Positions 1 to 12,854 of a stretch of DNA of 64,000 bases are shown here, piece by piece. Position 1 is the first letter of the stretch; the number at the start of each line of letters is the position of its first letter. The position numbers were made by a program, and so were the translations under genes. The DNA comes from Eledone cirrhosa (taxonomy: Eukaryota). The notes beneath the pieces are model-generated. The model had not been told where the DNA came from. It did not search any database and saw only the letters and a list, made by a program, of their open reading frames with translations. The DNA is taken from contig OZ024743.1 in NCBI GenBank assembly GCA_964016885.1, positions 243,412,001-243,476,000 on the forward strand, in the 5' to 3' direction.

Positions 1-3000
1 ACATATAGTGACATAGACATTAGATATACAGTGACATAGACATTAGACATACAGTGACATAGACATTAGATATATAGTGACATAGACATTAGATATACAT
101 AGACATTAGACATACAGTGACATAGACATTAGACATATAGTGACATAGACATTAGATATATAGTGACATAGACATTAGATATACAGTGACATAGACATTA
201 GACATATAGTGACATAGACATTAGATATACAGTGACATAGACATTAGATATACAGTGACATAGACATTAGATATACAGTGACATAGACATTAGATATACA
301 GTGACATAGACATTAGACATACAGTAACATAGACATTAGATATACAGTGACATAGACATTAGATATACAGTGACATAGACATTAGATATACAGTGACATA
401 GACATTAGATATACAGTGACATAGACATTAGATATACAGTGACATAGACATTAGACATACAGTAACATAGACATTAGACATACAGTGACATAGACATTAG
501 ATATACAGTGACATAGACATTAGATATACAGTGACATAGACATTAGATATACAGTGACATAGACATTAGACATATAGTGACATAGACATTAGATATATAG
601 TGACATAGACATTAGATATATAGTGACATAGACATTAGATATATAGTGACATAGACATTAGATATACAGTGACATAGACATTAGATATACAGTGACATAG
701 ACATTAGATATACAGTGACATAGACATTAGACATACAGTAACATAGACATTAGACATACAGTGACATAGACATTAGATATACAGTGACATAGACATTAGA
801 TATACAGTGACATAGACATTAGACATATAGTGACATAGACATTAGATATATAGTGACATAGACATTAGATATATAGTGACATAGACATTAGATATATAGT
901 GACATAGACATTAGATATACAGTGACATAGACATTAGATATACAGTGACATAGACATTAGACATATAGTGACATAGACATTAGATATATAGTGACATAGA
1001 CATTAGATATATAGTGACATAGACATTAGATATATAGTGACATAGACATTAGATATATAGTGACATAGACATTAGACATATAGTGACATAGACATTAGAC
1101 ATATAGTGACATAGACATTAGATATACAGTGACATAGACATTAGATATACAGTGACATAGACATTAGATATACAGTGACATAGACATTAGATATACAGTG
1201 ACATAGACATTAGATATATAGTGACATAGACAGTAGATATATAGTGACATAGACATTAGATATACAGTGACATAGACATTAGATATACAGTGACATAGAC
1301 ATTAGATATATAGTGACATAGACATTAGATATACAGTGACATAGACATTAGACATACAGTGACATAGACATTAGACATATAGTGACATAGACATTAGATA
1401 TATAGTGACATAGACATTAGATATATAGTGACATAGACATTAGATATGTAGTGACATAGACATTAGATATACAGTGACATAGACATTAGATATACAGTGA
1501 CATAGACATTAGATATATAGTGACATAGACATTAGATATACAGTGACATAGACATTAGATATATAGTGACATAGACATTAGACATATAGTGACATAGACA
1601 TTAGATATACAGTGACATAGACATTAGACATATAGTGACATAGACATTAGATATACAGTGACATAGACATTAGACATATAGTGACATAGACATTAGATAT
1701 ACAGTGACATAGACATTAGATATATAGTGACATAGACATTAGATATACAGTGACATAGACATTAGATATACAGTGACATAGACATTAGATATACAGTGAC
1801 ATAGACATTAGATATACAGTGACATAGACATTAGACATACAGTGACATAGACATTAGCTATATAGTGACATAGACATTAGATATATAGTGACATAGACAT
1901 TAGATATACAGTGACATAGACATTAGACATACAGTGACATAGACATTAGATATATAGTGACATAGACATTAGACATACAGTGACATAGACATTAGACATA
2001 CAGTGACATAGACATTAGATATACAGTGACATAGACATTAGATATACAGTGACATAGACATTAGACATATAGTGACATAGACATTAGATATATAGTGACA
2101 TAGACATTAGACATATAGTGACATAGACATTAGATATACAGTGACATAGACATTAGACATATAGTGACATACACATTAGACATACAGTGACATAGACATT
2201 AGATATACAGTGACATAGACATTAGATATACAGTGACATAGACATTAGATATACAGTGACATAGACATTAGATATACAGTGACATAGACATTAGATATAT
2301 AGTGACATAGACATTAGATATACAGTGACATAGACATTAGACATATAGTGACATACACATTAGACATACAGTGACATAGACATTAGATATACAGTGACAT
2401 AGACATTAGACATACAGTGACATAGACATTAGCTATATAGTGACATAGACATTAGATATATAGTGACATAGACATTAGATATACAGTGACATAGACATTA
2501 GACATACAGTGACATAGACATTAGATATATAGTGACATAGACATTAGACATACAGTGACATAGACATTAGACATACAGTGACATAGACATTAGATATACA
2601 GTGACATAGACATTAGATATACAGTGACATAGACATTAGACATATAGTGACATAGACATTAGATATATAGTGACATAGACATTAGACATATAGTGACATA
2701 GACATTAGACATACAGTGACATAGACATTAGATATACAGTGACATAGACATTAGACATATAGTGACATACACATTAGACATACAGTGACATAGACATTAG
2801 ATATACAGTGACATAGACATTAGATATACAGTGACATAGACATTAGATATACAGTGACATAGACATTAGATATATAGTGACATAGACATTAGATATACAG
2901 TGACATAGACATTAGACATATAGTGACATACACATTAGACATACAGTGACATAGACATTAGATATACAGTGACATAGACATTAGATATACAGTGACATAG

Positions 3001-3494
3001 ACATTAGATATACAGTGACATAGACATTAGATATACAGTGACATAGACATTAGATATACAGTGACATAGACATTAGATATACAGTGACATAGACATTAGA
3101 TATACAGTGACATAGACATTAGATATACAGTGACATAGACATTAGATATACAGTGACATAGACATTAGATATACAGTGACATAGACATTAGATATATAGT
3201 GACATAGACATTAGATATACAGTGACATAGACATTAGATATACAGTGACATAGACATTAGATATATAGTGACATAGACATTAGATATACAGTGACATAGA
3301 CATTAGATATATAGTGACATAGACATTAGATATATAGTGACATAGACATTAGATATATAGTGACATAGAGATTAGACATACAGTGACATAGACATTAGAT
3401 ATACAGTGACATAGACATTAGATATATAGTGACATAGACATTAGATATACAGTGACATAGACATTAGATATATAGTGACATAGACATTAGATAG
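1..3494. repeat. 23-bp tandem satellite A, consensus AGTGACATAGACATTAGAYATAY, about 150 units, runs off the window start
   Basis: Direct reading of 23-nt periodicity. Variation is almost confined to two C/T positions. Probably intronic to the STIL-like gene. Confidence 0.98.
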
Positions 3495-3886
3495 ATTTCT
3501 ATTTATTGCCACTTGGGCGCAAAAGAAGGGGACAAATACAAGAGGGGAGTTTACACAAAAAGGCGAGTAAAGAAAACAAATAACAAATATAAACTTAACA
3601 ATAAAGTCCTCAATAGGGAGGGGGCGTCGCCACACACCCCCGAAAAAAGTGTGCAACCCCTTTTCCTCAGGAGCACAGAGAGAGGGTGCTCCCTCGTTCC
3701 TTCCTCTTTTCCACCTACAGGCTGATGTAGAGAGAAGGCTCATTCACACAGGCCATTCTCGCACTTTCACCCACCTTTCAAAAAAACGACTGGGGTTGAG
3801 CATATCTCTCTCCATCCTGATCCTTCTTCCGAAATGATATCGGAAGAGACGGATCAGTTGTTGGCCAGAGAGAAAGGTGCCTGACC
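3495..3886 (-). mobile_element. 5'-truncated L1/Tx1-like non-LTR retrotransposon 3' end
   Basis: Minus strand reads SGTFLSGQQLIRLFRYHFGRRIRMERDMLNPSRFFERWVKV, resembling a Tx1-type ORF2 C-terminus (F..RW). A 3' UTR with AATAAA follows near 3500. Satellite A lies on the left and a satellite remnant (3887-3917) on the right. Confidence 0.65.
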
Positions 3887-3919
3887 TTAGCTATATATAG
3901 ACATAGACATTAGACAGAT

Positions 3920-4108
3920 CATCTGGGTTAACACCACCACCTGGCACTTGGGTGTTTGGCTTAATCTGTCATCAGGTTTAACACTACCACCTGGCTCTTA
4001 TGTGCCTTTGAGCCAGGTCTCTTGTCTGATGACAGTTTCCTCCCTCCTTCTCACCAGTCACTGAAGGCCTGAAAAGGATCATGAGTCCCGCTATTCTCTC
4101 TCTGACTT
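3920..4108. repeat. Interspersed repeat, diverged second copy at about 6463-6640
   Basis: Shared motifs ACTTGGGT..GGCTTAATC..GTTTAACA..ACCTG..CCAGGTCTC..TCTGACT in both copies. Confidence 0.55.
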
Positions 4109-4379
4109 AACTGTAAAACATACAGTTGGGATTTGAATCAAAGCCACTATTTTTAAAATAAGGGTTATGTGCCATGATAAAATGCAATCTATACTCAGTA
4201 TGAGCAAGACAAGATATTTTCTTTCTTTTAATTAGAAAATACTGAAATAATGAAGTAAAACACATTAAAAAAATCAAAAAAAGTTTCATTTTTCCAGCAG
4301 CACAATAAACAGTCAGTATATTTCTAAAGTTTGTGAGGTTTCTGATGTTGAAATTAGATTGGATACATAGATAACTCAC

Positions 4380-4436
4380 CTTCACAGCTCTGTTATAATC
4401 TTCAGGAATGAAACCACACTTGTTAGATTTAGAAAC
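4380..4436 (-). CDS. STIL: STIL-like gene, internal exon (57 bp, phase 0/0): VSKSNKCGFIPEDYNRAVK
   Basis: ccag acceptor and gtgagt donor. In phase with the upstream exon. FIPEDYNRAVK resembles the remembered STIL motif HSVDDFSSALK. Confidence 0.75.
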
Positions 4437-4699
4437 CTGGGTAGAAATTTTGAAAAATATTTATTTATTTAATATTCAAATGCTTCGATATATAGATATG
4501 TAAGTTAAAGAGTGTTGGGTTGCATAGAAGAGATGTATGCATGTATGGTACCGTAACTCCTGGTAGAGTCATAGGGGCGCCGTACTAACATACAGCGTTT
4601 CTTGGACATTTTAAACCTGGCAGAGCCCACCCCTCTCCAGGCCTGAGTACAGCAGATTTCTTCCAGAGAAAGATAGAAAGTGAGAGATAGGAAATGAGA

Positions 4700-4878
4700 A
4701 AGAGATATAGAGGCAGAATCGACACCAGTATTAGACAGGTACTTTTTTATCAACTTCAAAATGATGAAAGGCAAAGTTGACCTCAGCGGGATTTGAACTC
4801 TGAGAGCAGAGAGCCGGAACAAATACAATAAAGCATTCTTATCCAACGTTCTAATGACTCTGCCAATTTGCCACCCTT
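4700..4878 (-). mobile_element. tRNA-headed SINE family B, diverged copy (others at about 6160-6330 minus and 6330-6460 plus)
   Basis: GAGTTCAAATCCCGC B-box-like motif plus AGGTCAACTTTGCCTTTCATC body shared with younger copies. Confidence 0.7.
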
Positions 4879-5083
4879 AGAAGAGATGAGAGAAGACCAA
4901 AATGATTAGTAATAAATCCATACCAAATATACCAGCATGGTAAAGGCAGATGTCAAACAAAACACAACAATAATGACAATCATGTTATAAGTTATTTATA
5001 TATCAAACCAAAAATACATTTTCACAGTAAAGAAAGTATGGAGCATGTAAAAGCAACTATCTCTAATGAGACAACATGTTAAT

Positions 5084-5375
5084 GGGGATAGTTGTAGTGG
5101 TTATGGTAGTGGCAGTGTTTGTGGTATTGGTAATGGTGATAGTGGTTGCGGTAGTGGTGGTGTTTGTGGTATTGGTAATGGTGGTAGTGTTTGTGGTATT
5201 GGTAATGGTGGTGGTGACAGTGGTTGCGGTAGTGGTGGTGTCTGTGGTATTGATAGTAGTAGTGCTAGTAATTGCAGCAATGGTTATGGTAGAGGTAGTG
5301 GTTGTGAAAGAGGTAGTAATAGTGGTTGTTGTGGTGAGGGTAGTGATAGTGGTGGTGGTATTAATAGTTGTAATG
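5084..5375. repeat. Cryptic (GTG/GTA)n trinucleotide region with short internal duplications
   Basis: Low-complexity sequence that produces the spurious Gly/Ser- and Val-rich ORFs. Confidence 0.85.
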
Positions 5376-5649
5376 AGTTAGCTGACCCTAAACATTTGAT
5401 TGGTTACCTATACAATGCAAGTCTGCTGCAGTAGAGACAACCATAGTTACTCAACAACAGAAAGTGAACAGTGACAGCTCTACTCAACTCTAGTTAATAG
5501 CTAAAGATATGTGATAAAGTTAATGGATGTAAAACATTATTAACATTGATATCAGATTACAACACAATGTAGAAAGATTTGGATTTGGTTTTGTTTTTTT
5601 CTTTTTCAATAAACTCATTGTAATGACAGAAGAGTTAAAGTGTCTAATA

Positions 5650-5702
<53 letters not shown>

Positions 5703-5703
5703 C

Positions 5704-5748
<45 letters not shown>

Positions 5749-5749
5749 T

Positions 5750-6010
5750 CACCCAGCCCATCCTCTAAAGTGGTCGTTTTAGTACCACAACAAAAGTGTC
5801 TAGCCCATACTGTAAAGTGGTCGTTTTGGTGCCACAACAAAAAGGCTCCCTGTCCACACTGTGAATGTGGTTGGCATCTGGAAGAGCATCCAGCTGTAGA
5901 AACCAAGCCAGAAATCGTTCTGTATGATCTGACTTGTATCACAACAGGACAGTCCATCTAACCCATGCTAGCATGGAAAATGGATGTTAAACAGTGATGA
6001 TGATGATGAT
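5750..6010 (+). mobile_element. SINE family C with (ATG)n tail and internal ~40-bp repeats. Other copies at about 11900-12130, 16540-16680, 22240-22460, 26545-26702, 32095-32326, 32590-32793, 39850-40190, 40260-40465, and 27445-27830 (minus)
   Basis: Recurrent GTTAGGAAGGGCATCCAGCTGTAGAAA ... CTAACCCATGCTAGCATGGAAAATGGACGTTAAATGATGATG. Confidence 0.85.
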
Positions 6011-6879
6011 ATATATATATATATATATATAATAAATGCTTTGTTTTTATCCATCCATGGGCCCTTAACTTTTGAAGAAATCGAAGGAGTGCCATCTTGA
6101 GCATTTAAATCTGGTAGCGCCCATCCCTCTCCAGGTTAGAACACAGCCAATTTCTTCTAGAGAAAGAGATATAAAGCCAGAACCAAAGCCAGTACTGGAG
6201 TGGTACTTTATTTATTGACCTTGAAAGAATGAAAGTTGAAGTTGACCTCAGAGAGATTTGAACTTAGAGTGCAGAGAGCCAGAACAACTACCATGAAGCA
6301 TTCTATCTGACATTCTAATAATTCTGCTTGTTCAAATCCAGTTGGGGTCAACTTCTCTTTTCATCTTTCTAAGATTGGTGGAATTGGTAGAGCATCGAAT
6401 TGGTTGCTTTGCAGTATTTGTTCCAGCTCTTGGCATTCTGAGTTCAAATCCCATCATATCCTACTTGGGTACAAGGCTTAATCCATTGCCCAGTTTAACA
6501 TCACAACCTGATCTTTGAGTGCCTTTTCCTGAGTCCACTCTGTTGTAAGCATTTGGACCAGGTCTCCAGTTTCAAGATACCTTTTCCCCACACCACTCTA
6601 AAAATATCAGGAGTACTGTCCTTTCCTTTCTGACTAAGCAATAAAAAAAATTTCAGTTTTATTTTTGACATTTCCAACTTAGCAGACTATACTGAATAGA
6701 TGACCTTCACTTTCATCATCATCATGTATTTAATTATCTATTTATTTTAAATGCAGAAAGAAAAGGATAGGAAAAAAAACATAGATTTCAATAAACTGAT
6801 TATAAAATATATTTTATAATATATTGAAATTTATATTGCAAACAACAACAACAAAAAAATGAAAAGAAACTATATTTAC

Positions 6880-6971
6880 CAGAACAGATATCTGTAAAGA
6901 TTTGTCATTTGTCTCTGAGGAAAGATTAGAGACATCCACTGGATCCACAAGGATTGAAAATTTTGAGCCAT
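6880..6971 (-). CDS. STIL: STIL-like gene, internal exon (92 bp, phase 1/0): (D)GSKFSILVDPVDVSNLSSETNDKSLQISVL
   Basis: tatag acceptor and gtaaat donor. Phase fits both neighbours. FSILVDPVD resembles STIL VTLTVDRFD. Confidence 0.8.
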
Positions 6972-7202
6972 CTATAAACAACAGAATGATTTAGTTTAAA
7001 CCTTAGAACCTTATTTCATTAATCATTTATTCTATTGGAGAGTTGAACTAAAAACTCAAAGAAATATACATATATATATATCATGAAGAAATATTAAATC
7101 TCTCTAAACTATAAACCTTTGATACATTGTTATTAAGAGTCCATTTCAGGATTCACAACAGATGAATGCTTTTCCTAGCACTAATCAATCAATAGTGACA
7201 TA

Positions 7203-7392
7203 TGAGGGTCAGCTAAAAAATTCATAGGCTGACCAAGATACTCTCATGAAATGACCAAATGAAGTTCATTTTTCAACACAGTTCCTGAAAAGAAACAATG
7301 CAGTTATTAAGAAGAGACTAATGCATGCAAGATATCACAGCTTTAGCATCAATCCTTCATAGTCAGCCTATAAACTTTTCAACTGATCCTCG
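7203..7392. mobile_element. Mariner-type MITE with about 31-bp imperfect TIRs and TA target-site duplication
   Basis: TA|TGAGGGTCAGCTAAAAAATTCATAGGCTGAC ... GTCAGCCTATAAACTTTTCAACTGATCCTCG|TA. Confidence 0.85.
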
Positions 7393-7555
7393 TAGTAGTA
7401 GAAAATTTGTTGTCACTTACGTATACTGAGACAAATAAAGTAATAAACTTTACCTAATGACAACTCCAGAAATAACTGTAGCAGTTATTGATCTAACTGA
7501 AATATAGATAAATAAACAGCAAAGCAATTTCAGACAACTATAATGAGGTACTTAC

Positions 7556-7668
7556 CATTATTGGAATTTATATAACCAGATAAAAGTAAAAGCTGGTTCT
7601 CCACTAATCCAGAACAGTGTTCTTGGAGAAGATAGAGAGCTTTTGAAGACAGACATATCTGAAATTTC
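7556..7668 (-). CDS. STIL: STIL-like gene, internal exon (113 bp, phase 2/1): (R)KFQICLSSKALYLLQEHCSGLVENQLLLLSGYINSNN
   Basis: ttttctgtag acceptor and gtaagt donor. Aligns by eye to STIL RNPKLVVTEKTIRLAYRH...CFLLGSL. Confidence 0.85.
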
Positions 7669-7849
7669 CTACAGAAAAAAATATAAACAAAGAGACATTT
7701 TAAATACACTTTTATATCTTTACTATAACAATAATAATCTTTTAACTAGGCATGAAATCACAGACTTTTATAGGAATAGGAGGATGTCACAAGAACAGTG
7801 GTGCAATCATTGAGAAGAAACACAGCCTACACACAATAAATGAAAAGGA

Positions 7850-8195
7850 AAGGAACTGATCATTAGATCAGACCAAGGAAATAATGATTCCATTGGACTC
7901 TCTATTACTGACATGACTTGCTTGGTACAACAGCTAGTTGGAGGAATGAGCTGATCATCAGAAAAAATGATTCCTTTGGTCTTTCCATTGCTGATATTAT
8001 CTGCTCTTCACATCTCTTGGCAGAAGGAAGTAGCTGATCATCAAATTGGACTTAGGAAAGAATGTTTCCATTGATCTGGCCATTAATGATATATTTTGCT
8101 GGTCACATCCCTTGCTAAAAGGAACAGGCCAATCATCAAATCAGACCAAGGAAACAATGTTTCCATCGGTCTTTCCATTGTTGATACTGTATGTT
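7850..8195. repeat. Old diverged tandem repeat, about 4 units of 85-95 bp
   Basis: Recurrent CTGATCATCA..GGAAA.AATG.TTCCATTGGTCTTTCCATT motif. Confidence 0.7.
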
Positions 8196-8264
8196 GGTCG
8201 TAACACAATAACAGCTGTTCAAATAATAATAACAATACTATGTTCACTAGCTACTCTGCAGAAT

Positions 8265-8760
8265 TACAGGGCTAGATCATGCAGAAAGGTGGTATGAACA
8301 GAAACCAGGTGTTGAGAATGAGAATTTTAAAATCCTTTGGGATTTTATGATACAATGTAACCAACCTGTAGACCACAGAAGGCCAGATATTGTCTTTAAA
8401 GACAAACATCAGAAAAAAGTCAGAGAGCAGAGTGAAAGAAAAAGGCCAGAAACTTTAGATATGAAGCACTGAAAGAAGTAGTAGGGCATATATGGATAAT
8501 GAATGTCACTGTTGTATCGGTGGTTGTAGGTGCTCTGGGTACTGTTTTATATGTCTTTGAAGATCATATAGGTAGACTGGGAGTGAAATACAGGTGGAAG
8601 TCATTCAAAAAACAGCTTTGCAGAGCACAACTAGGACATTGCAGAAAGTTTTGTCTCTATATGCAATGGGGAAGGATCCACATAACCTTTGGTATCCTGT
8701 TGACACCTGTTTGTGTGGAAAACAAACCAGACATGTAACACCAATTGTTTGTGCTAATTC
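8265..8760 (+). mobile_element. R4/Dong-like (RLE endonuclease) non-LTR retrotransposon 3' relic
   Basis: ILWDFMIQCNQPVDHRRPDIV, VVSVVVGALG and IQKTALQSTTRTLQKVL are recognisable RLE-domain motifs. Frameshifted. Confidence 0.8.
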
Positions 8761-9271
8761 ATTGTTTCTACTTTAGGTACAAGGCCAGCAATTACCCAGT
8801 GCATTACTGGTACTTTATTTTTTCGACCCCGTAAGGATAAAAGGCAAAGTTAACCTCGGCGGGATTTGAACTAATTAATGTTCAATAATAATAATTGTTT
8901 CTACTTTTGGCACAAGGCCAGCAATTACCCAGTACATTATTGGTACTTTATGTTATCGACCCTGTAAGGATGAAAGGCAAAGTTAACCTCAGCGGGATTT
9001 GAACTCAGTCCATAAAGGGACGTAACTCTGTGCTGCAAAGCACTCTACCGATACTGCCAATCCAATGTTCAATAATAATAATTGTTTCTACTACTTTTGG
9101 CACAAGGCCAGCAATTACTCAGCGCATTACTGGTACTTTATTTTATCGACCCCGTAAGGATGAAAAGCAAAGTTAACCTTGGTGGGATTTGAACTCAGAA
9201 TGGCAAGGGCCGTAACTCTATGCGTCAGAGCAAGGCATCCGACCCTCTACCGATACTGCCAATCCACCGCC
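8760..9271 (-). mobile_element. Three head-to-tail copies of SINE family B with (TTA)n tails
   Basis: Three repeats of ATTGTTTCTACTTT..GCACAAGGCCAGCAATTACCCAG..GGATGAAAGGCAAAGTTAACCTCGGCGGGATTTGAACTC. Confidence 0.9.
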
Positions 9272-9320
9272 ATGTTCAATAATAATAATAACAACAGTGC
9301 AACACAAATAAGCATAATAC

Positions 9321-9419
9321 CTGAAAGAAGATATATCAACATTAATTGCTGGACCCTGGCTGACTCGATCCCAAAGAACAGTCCGAACACTGGGAAATTT
9401 CAGATCTTTCATTTCATTT
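9321..9419 (-). CDS. STIL: STIL-like gene exon (99 bp, phase 2/2): NEMKDLKFPSVRTVLWDRVSQGPAINVDISSF(R)
   Basis: atatag acceptor and gtatta donor. LKFPSVRTVLWD..G..I...SSFR matches the STIL_N start [28 protein letters not shown]. Overlaps ORF 9218..9412. Confidence 0.85.
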
Positions 9420-9749
9420 CTATATTATTATGGGAAGAAAAAGAGAAAACAATGATAACTATAGACACAAGTAGAAGTTGCTACATTTGTAAACTGGTCA
9501 CAAGAGAGAGAGAACAACAGTTTTCTTTTCAATAAATAGAAGTTATTCATGTTATTGCTCTGATTCAACAAACCTATGATCAAGGATACTCCAGCCGTAA
9601 CCATCTGCTCTTTTTCCCCTGGTACATTGTACACAGGGAAGGTGTGTGGCTTAATTGTTAAGAGTGATGATCATGATGGTGATATATATTATATATATAT
9701 GTTTGGCAAACACTTTTGTGTTAAGGGTGTTGCTGTATGCCATCTCCAA

Positions 9750-11130
9750 ATACAGGAGTCAATGTCTCATCAGGTGGTGAAGTAACTCTGTAGAGCTACT
9801 TGGTGCCACCCACCAGTGTAGGCAATGAAACTCCTGCACACTAACAATCTTAGATGAGTCTCATCACATGACTCCATCCATCTCTCAATGAATCAGCACA
9901 ACATGAAATTCGATGAGTCTCTGAACCCCATTCTCGTACAAAATAGCATATGTCAAGATTTATGACAATCCTAGCCACTTGTGAATTTAGATATTACATT
10001 TGGGGTACTGTGCAAACTGCACAGACCAAGGCTTGGACTTGCCTGGTAGTAATGTTTTATCTATAGTTGAAAGTCCATCCTCAGCCATCTTCTGGATATT
10101 AAGTCCCTCACTTCTATCATTAAGTGACCCATAGCCCAACCTCTCTAGACTCTTCACAGATTTCTCTGTGATTGTTGGCATGACCTCTCCTGCAACCTCA
10201 TATTTTCATTTCTTTTTGTCTTTCTTTGACAAGGATCATTCTACGCAATTTCATTGCTTTGAAAAGCATCCTTGACCAACTCATTGGATCATCTAGTTTG
10301 AGCTGGATTTCACCATTGATTACTTGTCTTTTACCAACAATGCAACATCATTCATGGAGGCTTTCCCTGGGAAGTGAATCTTCATTTCACATTAATGAAA
10401 TGTTGTACCTTGCAGGATGACTTCCATTCCAAGCACAAACCATATGACTGATATTGTGCACCCAGCTATAATCCCCACCTCCAGCTTGTGCCATGCTGTT
10501 GTAAAGTTCTTTGTGGTAAAGTGCATGTAGAACTTGTAGTAGTTCATCATCAGTTTCCCTACCTTCAGAGAAATCCAGAGGGGGTCTATAGAAAACTCAA
10601 GCAGTTTGTGTAGGACTGACTCAAGCAGTTTGTGTAGGACTGACTCAAACACATTTACCAGGTCAAGTCACACAACTGTCAGATCACTTTTCTTAACTGT
10701 CTGTATGGCATCCCAGATCATATTCACACATTCTATGCATCCTGGTGTTGGTCAGAGTGGGACAATTCTTACTTTGTATGACACTCCATCCTGGCCTGGA
10801 ACACTCTCTGATTGTGCTTTTCTGATGAAGTCACAAATTTTTAAAGGTACTTTTTATAATTCACTTGCTTCAATCCATCTGCTCCTCAACACCTTCTTCT
10901 CCATCTTAACCTCTTCTATGAGGTGGCTCCTTCTCTCTTTTGCTTCCTAGCACATTCTTCTTCCCATCTTCATTTAGTGTGCCAAACATTTCTTCACCTG
11001 TGTTGTAGATCAAATTGGCAAGTATCTGGAGCTCTTCTACTAACAGTCCCTTCTTCATTTTGCCTTTCATCTTGTTCAGTGCTGCACTTTCATTTAGTGT
11101 GCCAAAATGGAATGCATAAGCAAGATGCGC
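9750..11130 (-). mobile_element. Degenerate Hero-like (R2 group) non-LTR retrotransposon RT region
   Basis: FTTKNFTTAWHKLEVGIIAGCTISVIWFVLGMEVIL, PTITEKSVKSL and LPGKSKPWSVQF...IHKWLGL resemble Hero RT motifs. Many stops and a small tandem duplication near 10595-10645. Confidence 0.75.
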
Positions 11131-12455
11131 CAGCATGAAAAGTGGATGTAAAATGATGATGATGATGATGATGATGATGTGATGTGAACTGAGGGAGGAA
11201 ATGTCATGAATTCTAGTACATCAAGGACCATATTATCCAACATGCACAGCTGTTCTAACAAAGACAGTATATGTGTTATATGTTTTAGGGGAGATTTGGA
11301 TGCTATTTCTAGAAGGCCAATTAATCACATATAGGCATGCTCATTGGCTTAAATAAAAGAAAGTGAAATCCATAAATAGTATGCTAGCCCTTTAGCAGAA
11401 CTTCAACTGTTTGTATCAACTTTAAGTGTTATAGCCATGAACAGGTGACCTCAATTGACTCTATCATCCATACTCAATAAGTCACCATGGGGAAAACACA
11501 GGTCACCACTCCCTTGAGGGAGTCTCTATATGGTTGCTCAAACTGTTAGAAGCAGCAGCCAAATCACCCTTGAACCACACCCTGGTGTTTAAAAGTAAAA
11601 AAACACATTTGACAAATGTAGTCTTAGATACACAACATCTGTAAACAATAGAAGAGTATGGCAGTAATTTGAGCTGAAGGGATAAGATTTTGATCTACCT
11701 GATTATGGGTTATAAATTCCAATATATTGCTGACATTTTATTACACATAAGGAGTTATATTTTCCATTGGCACAAGTGAGCTGGCTGTCATGAATTAATA
11801 CCAGATTAACTGGGATTGTTACATGCAATAAACTGGCCTCCTATCTTGGGCAAGGTGTGGGCAGGCAGATTTATCTTTTAGTGGTGGGGCCACAACAAAA
11901 TGCACCTAGTACACTCTATGAAGTTTTAGTACTAATACCAAAATAAAATGAACTCAGTGCACTATGTAAAGTGGTAGTGTTGGTACTACGATAAAATGCA
12001 CCTAGGACGCCCTTTAAAGTGGTAGTGTTGGTACCATGATAAAATGCCCTCAGTATACACTGTAATGTAGTTGCTGTTAGGAAGGACATCCAGCTATAAA
12101 AACCATGTATGACCCAGATGTAGTTATCCAGCCATGTATTTGTCTCAGACAGGTTTGTCACAACTAGACACAGCAGCCGAATCTCCCTCAAATGCACCCT
12201 ACAATCTTAAATATGGAATTAACACATTAGATGCTGTAGGATTGTCACAGTTGGGATACTTTTGATCAAAGGTCTCCTTGCTTGAGGTTGGCTAAACAAT
12301 AACAAAACAACACCAACTTTGTTGTGCATAAAACAGCCATTATCAACATCAATAAAATGACAACATAACACCTTACAAAACTGATTAGTCATCTCTGTGG
12401 GAGCCATTTCATACAGAATTATTTAAACAATATATTAAACAAAATACTTCCTTAC

Positions 12456-12472
12456 TCCAGCTCTTTTATCAT
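12456..12472 (-). CDS. Candidate first coding segment of the STIL-like gene (MIKEL(E), phase-2 donor GA|gtaagg)
   Basis: Nearest good phase-2 donor I found upstream of exon 9419, with an in-frame ATG. No homology support. Confidence 0.3.
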
Positions 12473-12854
12473 TTTCTAGTTTCCATATCATTCAATACAT
12501 CCATCAAAAATGTCAACATGCACCCTTAACAACCAAATAATTAGGTTCTACTGTTTTTAATGAATTGCCTGATTAATTAGCTAATTGATTGCTTCAGTGC
12601 CCACATCTGGTTTCTCAGTAACTACTCAAGCTAGGAATTCATTTATGTTCTGTATTTCGAAATTTTGATTTTCTTTATCTCTTAAGATCCTGTACCACAT
12701 GAAGCCTCATTAGCAAAGGGTCTCGGGAGTAAAGTTACTCGATTCAGTGCATAGCTCGGAGATGAGTGTCACTCCAGCTAGAATCGCTACTTCCCTGAAT
12801 TGAGAGATCACAGCTCCGATACTATGGGCTTGTGGTTGGTTGGTTGGTTGGTTA

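Noticed and set aside
4020-4080. CTGATGA as a hammerhead core
   Set aside because: No GAAA directly after a stem II and no stem I/III pairing.
5066-5434. Gly/Ser/Cys-rich structural protein ORF
   Set aside because: Cryptic trinucleotide repeat open in two frames, inside an intron of the STIL-like gene on the opposite strand.
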